Made by a program: the position numbers and the translations under genes | Part shown: one piece after another, positions 43,764 to 51,020 of the stretch | Layout of the letters: each line of letters begins with the position of its first letter | Numbering within the stretch: position 1 is the stretch's first letter | Origin: Syntrophorhabdales bacterium | Lineage (GTDB): Bacteria; Desulfobacterota; Syntrophorhabdia; Syntrophorhabdales; WCHB1-27 | Assembly (NCBI GenBank): GCA_035541455.1 | Contig: DATKNH010000020.1 | Location: forward strand, 4,985-68,984 | Length of the DNA stretch: 64,000 bases | Direction: 5' to 3' | The notes under the pieces: model-generated | Database searches by the model: none | What the model was told of the DNA's origin: nothing | Seen by the model: only the letters and a program-made list of their open reading frames with translations

Positions 43764-44375
43764 GTGATAAGCTCCAGAGTGGGCCATTCTCTCGACCCTT
43801 TTCTCTTGCGGGTGTATCAACTCTTTTTTCGAGGTGACGCAGCCAGACCCAATCTTCTCAGTGTTATAGGACTCCTTTTCGGTTTTGTCTGCCTTCTATT
43901 TACAGTGAGCAACTGGCTTGTCCCTGCGGGCCTTGCGCTGTTGCTCTCCGGCTTGTTCGATCTTTTTGATGGAGCAATCGCTCGGCACTATGCCAAAGTC
44001 ACTACCTATGGCGGGTTTTTCGATTCGGTCCTTGACCGGTACACGGACCTTTCTGTTGCGTTCGGAATTTTCGTTAATTTTTTGCTGCATGGCGACCACC
44101 TTTTTTGTATTCTGACGTTCGTGGCCGCAATCGGTATGGTGCTCATATCGTATATCAGGGCCCGCGCTGAGGCTGCCAGGCTTCAGTGTAAGAACGGAAT
44201 TCTTGAGCGGCCGGAGCGGACCATACTCCTTATAATCGGTCTCTGTTTCAATGAAGTGTTCGTCAGACTCACAGGCTTGGGTCTCTTGAAAGCGGTGATT
44301 ATTGTCCTGGCAATTCTCACTCACGTCACTGCGATTCAGCGGATAATGATCGTAAAAAAAGCAGCGCAGCTCTAG
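43764..44375 (+). CDS. CDP-alcohol phosphatidyltransferase family protein (candidate phosphatidylinositol-phosphate synthase)
   Basis: Motif DLFDGAIARHYAKVTTYGGFFDSVLDRYTD matches D-x2-D-G-x2-A-R..G-x3-D-x3-D. Multi-TM, 203 aa. GTG start; no ATG is available near the 5' end. Confidence 0.75.
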   Translation: MISSRVGHSLDPFLLRVYQLFFRGDAARPNLLSVIGLLFGFVCLLFTVSNWLVPAGLALLLSGLFDLFDGAIARHYAKVTTYGGFFDSVLDRYTDLSVAFGIFVNFLLHGDHLFCILTFVAAIGMVLISYIRARAEAARLQCKNGILERPERTILLIIGLCFNEVFVRLTGLGLLKAVIIVLAILTHVTAIQRIMIVKKAAQL

Positions 44376-44527
44376 GGGCATGGGTCACGGGACAGAACAG
44401 AAATAGCCGTCACCGCCCGCCGCTGTCGAAGGCACGTACCATCTGCCACAATTCCGTACCTGAGAAAAGAGTTTGAACGTGCGTCACGGGCTTCGCTTTT
44501 CATGACCGGTGCCCCTTGTCCCTGCGG

Positions 44528-45583
44528 TCAGGAAAGATTGTGTATCTCTTCTATCAGAATGTTCTTGGCGAGTTCCCTGGGTATGCCCGTCTTTTTTATT
44601 TCTCCCTTGAGGAACAGGAGCGCCTTATCTCTGCCGAAAGCTATGCCTATGTCAGCCTCCTTGGCTTCACCCGGTCCGTTCACTTCACAGCCCATTATGG
44701 CGACGTCGAGGCACTGGTCCATGTGGGCGACGTCGCGCTCGAATTCCTCCACTACTTCCTGGAGATTTACTTTGCAACGTCCGCATGTCGGGCAGGAGAT
44801 AATATTTATGCCTTTTTTCCTGAGGCGCATGCTGCGCAAGATGTGGTAACCGGCTATCACTTCGTATGAAGGGTGTCCTGTGAGGGAAACGCGCAACGTA
44901 TCTCCGATTCCCTCGTTCAGGAGAATGCCGATGCCGATAGCCGACTTGATCGCTCCGGAGAATATAGGACCTGCCTCTGTCACTCCTATATGGAGCGGGT
45001 AATCTGATGCTTTCGAAAAACCCCTGTATGCTTCGATTGTCTGGAATATGTCGGACGCCTTGAGAGACACCTTGAGCTGGGTATGCCCTTCATCCTCGAA
45101 AAGTTTCACGCAGTAAAGAGCGCTTTCCACCATTGCCTGCGCATTCGGCTGATGATATTTACGGAGTATTTTTTTTTCGAGAGAGCCGATGTTGATTCCT
45201 ATGCGGATAGGTGTGTGTGTTTGTCTGGCGAACCTTGCAATCTCTTTTACCTTTCGGGTGTTGTTGATAGTACCGGGATTGATACGCACACAATCGATGC
45301 CTGCCTCCATGGCCGCGAGCGCAATGGCGTGGTTGAAGTGGACATCCCCAATAATAGGTATGTCGATCTCCCTTTTTAGAAAGGGGATGTTCGCGCAGAT
45401 TTCCTGTTGAGGTAGAGCCATGCGAATCAGGTCGCAGCCAACCTTCTTCAGCTCCCTCATCTGGTTCAAGGTATCCGGAAGATTCTGCGGATCAGTCTTG
45501 AGCATCGACTGAACGCTGATAGGGCTGTTACCACCGATAGCAACATTACCCACAGTGATCTGTCGAGTTTTTCTTCTGTCCAT
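44528..45583 (-). CDS. ispG: 4-hydroxy-3-methylbut-2-en-1-yl diphosphate synthase
   Basis: ..RKTRQITVGNVAIGGNSPISVQSM.. and ..IISCPTCGRC.. 351 aa. Confidence 0.95.
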   Translation of the reverse strand: MDRRKTRQITVGNVAIGGNSPISVQSMLKTDPQNLPDTLNQMRELKKVGCDLIRMALPQQEICANIPFLKREIDIPIIGDVHFNHAIALAAMEAGIDCVRINPGTINNTRKVKEIARFARQTHTPIRIGINIGSLEKKILRKYHQPNAQAMVESALYCVKLFEDEGHTQLKVSLKASDIFQTIEAYRGFSKASDYPLHIGVTEAGPIFSGAIKSAIGIGILLNEGIGDTLRVSLTGHPSYEVIAGYHILRSMRLRKKGINIISCPTCGRCKVNLQEVVEEFERDVAHMDQCLDVAIMGCEVNGPGEAKEADIGIAFGRDKALLFLKGEIKKTGIPRELAKNILIEEIHNLS

Positions 45584-45599
45584 GGACGATTAAGATGAG

Positions 45600-45672
45600 T
45601 GCGCCCAGCAAGATTCGAACTTGCAACCTACGGATTCGTAGTCCGGCACTCTATCCATTGAGCTATGGGCGC
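45600..45672 (-). tRNA. tRNA-Arg (anticodon ACG)
   Basis: The minus strand folds by hand into a cloverleaf. Acceptor GCGCCCA/TGGGCGC, D-arm GCTC-AATGGATA-GAGT, anticodon arm CCGGA-CTACGAA-TCCGT, T-arm GCAAG-TTCGAAT-CTTGC, discriminator A. CCA is not encoded. Confidence 0.9.
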
Positions 45673-45676
45673 ACGT

Positions 45677-46720
45677 CTATACGTTGCCGGTGATCAGTAC
45701 TTTTTTTACGCTCCTGGTCTTTACTATGGCCCCGAGCGGAAACGCATCTTCACCCAGTGAGCGCAGCTCCTTGATTGCGCGTGTTTCGTCAGCCTTTTTG
45801 ACCACAATCACAAAACCTATACCCATGTTAAACGTCGCGTACATCTCCTCTTTGGTAACACCACCGAGCCTCTGGAGCACTCTGAAAATATCAGGTGTTT
45901 CTCGTGCGACCGTGAGCTGCGCGCAGAGACTGTCCGGGATAATCCTGTTCACATTACCGGGCAGGCCTCCGCCGGTAATATGGGCCATCCCTTTGATCTT
46001 GACCTTGTCCATGAGAGCCAATACCGGCTTTACATAGATCTTCGTCGGTTTCAGCAGCTCGTCGTAGACTCTGCCGTGCAACCCGCTGACCTTGTCCCGC
46101 ACCCCGAGCCCGTGCTTCTCGATAAGGATCTTTCTGGCAAGAGAAAATCCGTTGCTGTGCAGTCCATTGGACGCAAGGCCGATTACGCTGTCTCCTGCAG
46201 TAATTGCGGATCCGTCAATGATCTTCTCCTTCTCCACAAAGGCCGCGACGAAGCCTGCGAGGTCGTATTCGCCCTCGGGATAGAAGGAGGGCATCTCCGC
46301 AGTCTCGCCGCCGACAAGCGCGCAGCCCGCCATTTCACATCCTGCGCAGATGCCGTTGATCGCCTCGGCGTAGATGCGTTCGTCCAGCTTGCCGCACGCA
46401 AAATAATCAAGAAAAAAATAAGGACGAGCGCCTATTGTCAGTACATCGTTCACGCTCATAGCAACCAGGTCTATTCCCACCGTATTATGCTTCTTCAGAG
46501 AGAAAGCGATGCGCAACTTGGTGCCAACTCCGTCCGTTGCCGTGACGAGCAAAGGATGCTTATACCCTGACGGGATCTCTGTTAACGCAGAAAAGGCCCC
46601 GATAGGCGAAAGAACAAAGGGGTTGAACGTCCCCTGTATTCGTTTTTTCATGCGCTTGATAAGCGCATCTGCCTTGCCGACGTCTACGCCTGCATCTTTG
46701 TAACTCGTTTTGCCTTTCAT
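45677..46720 (-). CDS. purM: Phosphoribosylformylglycinamidine cyclo-ligase (AIR synthetase)
   Basis: ..SYKDAGVDVGKADALI.., ..ATDGVGTKL.., ..HITGGGL.. Confidence 0.95.
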   Translation of the reverse strand: MKGKTSYKDAGVDVGKADALIKRMKKRIQGTFNPFVLSPIGAFSALTEIPSGYKHPLLVTATDGVGTKLRIAFSLKKHNTVGIDLVAMSVNDVLTIGARPYFFLDYFACGKLDERIYAEAINGICAGCEMAGCALVGGETAEMPSFYPEGEYDLAGFVAAFVEKEKIIDGSAITAGDSVIGLASNGLHSNGFSLARKILIEKHGLGVRDKVSGLHGRVYDELLKPTKIYVKPVLALMDKVKIKGMAHITGGGLPGNVNRIIPDSLCAQLTVARETPDIFRVLQRLGGVTKEEMYATFNMGIGFVIVVKKADETRAIKELRSLGEDAFPLGAIVKTRSVKKVLITGNV

Positions 46721-46806
46721 GCTCTTAAATTAAAATGAACCACCATTTTTGTCAACATCTCTATTGGGCAGGGGCTTGTGCGTAAAATCGGTCCTGACAG
46801 AATGGG

Positions 46807-47415
46807 GTGCTTAAGATGCTTAAGATCATGGCCGAAACAGCCGATAAAGAGAAAAGGACAATGGTGCACACAGGATCATACAAAGAAGCGTGGGTCGATG
46901 TAGGTGTTGATGAGGACGGGACGGAAGCGTTTCTGGATGAAAACGGCATCGTGCGTGACCTCGAGAACGCTCTCTTCAAAGTCTGGATCAAGCATGTGCC
47001 TCCGCCCGGGAGCCGCACGTACGCAGAAATGGAGCAGGCGCTAAAGGCGTCGCATAAGTCAGGCAGGTCGCCCCACCACGTGAAGCTACTCGCAGAGATC
47101 GATCTGCCAAAGGAACTCTCACGCACGCTGAATCTAGTGGTGTGCGACAGGGAGGGGGCCATTCTCGACACGATCAGTTTCCGTTTCCCTGAGTGGTCGA
47201 AGATAGAAGACAATATAATTGACGGGGTTAGCAGCAGCATTGCCGCGAGGTTTCCAGATGCACCGAGGGCTGAACCAAGAACCGAGTCTCTAAGATTCAG
47301 GGCGCCGGGAGTGTACGTCAAGCCTGAGCGGATTGAAGTCAGTAGACGATATCAGATTGACAAGCAGCAACGGACTTCCGGCACCTCACTAAAGCTACAA
47401 GAGGTTGACGTCTAG
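46807..47415 (+). CDS. Hypothetical protein (no confident family)
   Basis: Balanced amino-acid composition over 202 aa, whereas the antisense ORF 46761-47321 is Ser/Leu-rich. The start is uncertain (GTG 46807, ATG 46816, 46828 or 46861). Confidence 0.5.
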   Translation: MLKMLKIMAETADKEKRTMVHTGSYKEAWVDVGVDEDGTEAFLDENGIVRDLENALFKVWIKHVPPPGSRTYAEMEQALKASHKSGRSPHHVKLLAEIDLPKELSRTLNLVVCDREGAILDTISFRFPEWSKIEDNIIDGVSSSIAARFPDAPRAEPRTESLRFRAPGVYVKPERIEVSRRYQIDKQQRTSGTSLKLQEVDV

Positions 47416-47501
47416 TGGCCAAGAGAACCCAATCCGGCTCTGCGTGCCAGGCAGGATAATTGCATATCCACACTAACGGGAATGTTCCAAGGGGGCATCC
47501 A

Positions 47502-48137
47502 GTGTACCCGATATATTGCAGCCTGATCCTTTTCCTGGTCTGCCTTTTCGGCCCCATGACCCTTTGTGCCAGTATTTACGGGTACGTGGACGAAACCGGT
47601 TCTTACCATTTCACGAATATCAAGCCTGCCAGCAGGCACTACCACGTTGTCATAGAAACGAAAGACGCCGTCTTGGTCCAATCGCAGGCCATCGGCCGAC
47701 CCTGGCTGAACGACGAAGAACGCTCAGGCTTGATTAATCAGTCCAAAGCTCTGTTAGGCGTTCCCTACAAGCTGGGCGGCAACAGCTTGAGCGGCATCGA
47801 CTGCTCAGCTTTTGTGAAGAGGATGTTCTCTTCGGTCGACGTTGTTCTCCCAAGGACGGCGAGAGAACAATATGAAGTAGGCAGAAGAATCTCGCGAGGT
47901 GAGTTGACAACAGGCGATCTGGTTTTTTTCAGAACCAGGAGGAACGACCTGAATCCGACGCACGTCGGAATTTACATGGGTAACGACCAGTTCATTCATG
48001 CGTCAGCCCTGCATCAGGGGGGGGTCAGAATCGATTCTCTTTCATCAGACTTCTATAACGCCAGATTCATCGGCGCTTCCCGTATACGAGCCCTTCCGGA
48101 CGCGGGAAGTTTGCGTGTCATGACAGTTTCCAGATGA
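47502..48137 (+). CDS. NlpC/P60-family cell-wall peptidase, secreted
   Basis: The GTG at 47502 lies 6 nt after AAGGGGG; the alternative is the TTG at 47460. Signal-like segment ..SLILFLVCLFGPMTLCAS. Catalytic region ..GGNSLSGIDCSAFVKRMF..HVGIYMGNDQFIHAS.. Confidence 0.8.
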   Translation: MYPIYCSLILFLVCLFGPMTLCASIYGYVDETGSYHFTNIKPASRHYHVVIETKDAVLVQSQAIGRPWLNDEERSGLINQSKALLGVPYKLGGNSLSGIDCSAFVKRMFSSVDVVLPRTAREQYEVGRRISRGELTTGDLVFFRTRRNDLNPTHVGIYMGNDQFIHASALHQGGVRIDSLSSDFYNARFIGASRIRALPDAGSLRVMTVSR

Positions 48138-48166
48138 CGGGGCTGCGCGAGCATTCGTTGGGAGAG

Positions 48167-48182
48167 GGGCAGTTCCTTTGCG
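48167..48182 (+). promoter_or_regulatory. Weak sigma-54-like -24/-12 element upstream of the OYE/ferredoxin pair
   Basis: gGGCAg-ttcct-TTGCg with GG-N10-GC spacing, 122 nt upstream of the ATG at 48304. Confidence 0.3.
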
Positions 48183-48303
48183 TTGACACAGCCACGTAAG
48201 TCAGCTTGACTTGCAATTCTCCGTATGATACCTACTTCGTGAAGCTTCAGGCGCTGGCCGCCCTTCGAGCAGAGCTGCAAATCCCATTAAGAGGGCCGAA
48301 CGC

Positions 48304-50244
48304 ATGCAGTATCCCCACATTTTCACTCCCGGTCGCATCGGCACGCTCGTCACGACAAATCGGATCAAATATGCGGCGACGGAGACAAACTTTCCGTTCG
48401 GTGACGGCTTCGTCAGCGACAGGGAAGTGGCATACATGGAAGCGCAGGCGCAGGGCGGGGCAGGCATAGTGACCACGCAGGGTGCCTACATGGACGAGAG
48501 GGGTGAGGGAAAAGGTTTCAAAGGTATGATGGCCGCCTACGACGACCGGTTCATACCAGGGCTTTCTCGAATTGCAGAGGTGATAAAGAAAAACGGGGCC
48601 CTCTCCTGTTTTCAGCTTTTGCACTGCGGGCGGGAGGGCGGCGTAGACCTCGACTATTGCCTGATGCCATCGGTCGTGCCGCAGAAACTCTCCTATTTCA
48701 AACCGCCCCGCGAGATAAGCGTCTCTCAGATAAGGCAGTCGGTAATTGATCACGTGAGGGCTGCGCGGCGAGCCGTTGACGCAGGTTTTGATATGATAGA
48801 GATCTCCGGTATCGTGGGCTATCTCCTTTCCACCTTCATCTCTCGCTATACAAACAAGAGGCAGGATGGGTACGGTGGTAATATCAGGAGCAGGTGCCGG
48901 CTGATGGTCGAGGTGCTGGGAGCGGTCAAGGCAGAAGTGGGAAAGAATGTGCCCGTTGGGATACGCCTCTGCGGCCTGGAACTCCTCGATGACCGTGGAG
49001 GGAATACGCTGGAAGAGAGCCTGGAAAGCTTCCGCATAGCAGAGGAAGCGGGAGCGGACTACCTGAGTGTGACCATAGGATGGCACGAATCGTCTGTCCC
49101 TGTCATAACACGAGATGTGCCGATGGGTCATTGGCTGTGGGTAGCGGGTAAAGTGAAAGAGGCGGCAAAGGTTCCTGTCATGATGGCCTTTCGCCAGTTC
49201 ACTCCCGACGTTCCGGAAGAGGCTATTGCGTCCGGTACAATCGACTTTTGGGAAGCCTGCAGGCCCATGATTGCAGATCCTGGATTACCGAGAAAAATTG
49301 CCGAGAAGAAGGAGTCGGAGATCATTCCCTGCATTGCGTGCAATCTCTGTTTTTCTCGTCTCTATTTTCATCAACCCCTCATGTGTTCAGTACGCCCGAC
49401 ACTCGGTCACGAAGGAGAAACCTCGTGGGGATACCGGGGGTTTGCGCCGGCAGGCCGCAAGAAAAAAGTGATCGTCGTGGGCGGAGGACCGGCAGGCCTG
49501 CAATGCGCTGCAGTTGCGGCTCAGCGAGGCCACAAGGTGACACTCTGGGAAAAGAGTGCACATGTCGGTGGCGCGCTACTTCTTGCGTCCCAGGTGGATG
49601 AAGGTGCCGAAGAACTTCTGCGTCCCGTGCAGTATCTGGAGGACGCGTGTCTGAAAGCAGGCGTGGAGCTGAGGACCGGATACGCGGCGACTTCCGAAGC
49701 CCTCGCAGGGGAAGAGGCTGATGCCATTGTTATTACCTCTGGTGCGACTGAAAGCATCCCGCCAGGCGCCGGCGCACTTCCTGTTTTCTCTCCGGGGAAC
49801 ATCATTGCCGGAGGCATTACGCCCTCCGGCAATATACTCATTCTCGGTGGGGACGGAGTCGCACTCGGTGTGGCTGTTTTTCTCCTCAGGAAGGGTGGTG
49901 CCTTCAATCTCTTTATTGTCGAAGAGGGAGCGAAGTTGGGAAGGGATGTCAATCCCTTCTATCTCTGGGGATACATGAGAAGACTGAAAGAAGGCAAGGC
50001 CACATTGCTCAGAGGGTGCCGCCTTCTCGCCATAGACGGGACTAGGGCCCGAGTATCAGGGGCTAAGGGGGAGACTATTCTGGACGTGAATGCCATAGTT
50101 GCCGCGCAGAGAAAGCCGGCCGATTGGTGGTCTGGCGCGCTTCAGGGTTCGAAGAAAGAGATCTATGTTGCCGGCGACGCGAAAAGACCGAGGCGACTCA
50201 ACAACGCTATCCATGATGGTTTTAGAGTGGGGATTACAATCTGA
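48304..50244 (+). CDS. Old-yellow-enzyme family FMN reductase fused to an FAD/NAD(P) oxidoreductase domain (2,4-dienoyl-CoA reductase / enoate reductase-like)
   Basis: N-terminal TIM-barrel OYE pattern (..QLLHCGREG.., ..FDMIEISG..), a Cys cluster CIACNLC..C, then VIVVGGGPAGLQCAAVAAQRGH and ..VAGDA.. Confidence 0.85.
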   Translation: MQYPHIFTPGRIGTLVTTNRIKYAATETNFPFGDGFVSDREVAYMEAQAQGGAGIVTTQGAYMDERGEGKGFKGMMAAYDDRFIPGLSRIAEVIKKNGALSCFQLLHCGREGGVDLDYCLMPSVVPQKLSYFKPPREISVSQIRQSVIDHVRAARRAVDAGFDMIEISGIVGYLLSTFISRYTNKRQDGYGGNIRSRCRLMVEVLGAVKAEVGKNVPVGIRLCGLELLDDRGGNTLEESLESFRIAEEAGADYLSVTIGWHESSVPVITRDVPMGHWLWVAGKVKEAAKVPVMMAFRQFTPDVPEEAIASGTIDFWEACRPMIADPGLPRKIAEKKESEIIPCIACNLCFSRLYFHQPLMCSVRPTLGHEGETSWGYRGFAPAGRKKKVIVVGGGPAGLQCAAVAAQRGHKVTLWEKSAHVGGALLLASQVDEGAEELLRPVQYLEDACLKAGVELRTGYAATSEALAGEEADAIVITSGATESIPPGAGALPVFSPGNIIAGGITPSGNILILGGDGVALGVAVFLLRKGGAFNLFIVEEGAKLGRDVNPFYLWGYMRRLKEGKATLLRGCRLLAIDGTRARVSGAKGETILDVNAIVAAQRKPADWWSGALQGSKKEIYVAGDAKRPRRLNNAIHDGFRVGITI

Positions 50245-50441
50245 TGCTACCTGTTATCGATAAAACAGCATGCACCGGTTGCGGCGCCTGCATCGAAGTT
50301 TGTCCGCCCAGAGCCCTTGTCCTGAGGGACGAGTGCGCCTGCGTGGAGGACGAGTTCTGTGAGGAGTGTGGCTTCTGCGCCGCAGAGTGTCCTGTGAGTG
50401 CTATTGCGATTCCATTCCCGTCGCTTGCGGGGTCTGTCTAG
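50244..50441 (+). CDS. 2x[4Fe-4S] ferredoxin
   Basis: CTGCGACIEVCP and CEECGFCAAECP. 65 aa. Its start overlaps the reductase stop (TGATG). Confidence 0.8.
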   Translation: MLPVIDKTACTGCGACIEVCPPRALVLRDECACVEDEFCEECGFCAAECPVSAIAIPFPSLAGSV

Positions 50442-50878
50442 GACCGTTTCTGCGAAAGCCAGGTCTGAATTACCTCGCACTCGTCAGGAGATGTGCTGCA
50501 GATTCCCGACTCATCCTCCAGTTCGTCGCAGCTCTCACAAATGGCCCAATGACCGCAGGGTGCGCCCGCATCAAGCTCGCGCTCGCATTCGAGGCACCAG
50601 ATATAACCGCACGCTCCACAGACACCCACCGTCAGGTCCTCTTCACCATCGGGGCCATCCGGCATGCCTGTATCTGCGCTTGAGCAGCGCGGACAGTCAC
50701 CAACAAAAACAGCCCTGACAAAGTCGTCTTCAGAGTCGGTTTCCTCAGCAAGGCGCATCAATTCATCCCGTGCTTCTTCAGGCATGGACTCCCAGAGCTT
50801 CTTAATCTCCTGCGTCTCCTGGTCAGCATGCACTTTGCCCGTCTCTTTTCTCCCGCTTCCCTTTCCGTTCCTTTTCAT
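50438..50878 (-). CDS. Hypothetical acidic Cys-rich (zinc-ribbon-like) protein
   Basis: AAGGAG 9 nt upstream. Basic N-terminus, acidic middle, and Cys pairs CPRC, CGAC, CLEC, CGH..CESC, C..C. Confidence 0.6.
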   Translation of the reverse strand: MKRNGKGSGRKETGKVHADQETQEIKKLWESMPEEARDELMRLAEETDSEDDFVRAVFVGDCPRCSSADTGMPDGPDGEEDLTVGVCGACGYIWCLECERELDAGAPCGHWAICESCDELEDESGICSTSPDECEVIQTWLSQKRS

Positions 50879-50984
50879 GATTGAGTTTGCTCCTTGAGCG
50901 CTAGCTAGGATCTTTCTTAACTATATAGCACACCTGATCACAAAAACAATATATCGCCCCATTACAATGGAGGTTGATGCCTGT

Positions 50985-51013
50985 TTGGCCGTTGCGCATT
51001 AGTCTGCTATTAT
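50985..51013 (+). promoter_or_regulatory. Putative sigma-70-type promoter abutting the recC start
   Basis: TTGGCC (50985-50990), a 17-nt spacer, then TATTAT (51008-51013). The ATG at 51021 lies 7 nt after the -10 hexamer. Confidence 0.3.
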
Positions 51014-51020
51014 ATGTTTG

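Noticed and set aside
45600-45672. tRNA-Arg as a possible genomic-island integration site.
   Set aside because: It is flanked directly by ispG and purM, both core metabolism genes. No integrase, no direct repeat of the tRNA 3' end, and no compositional break was visible nearby.
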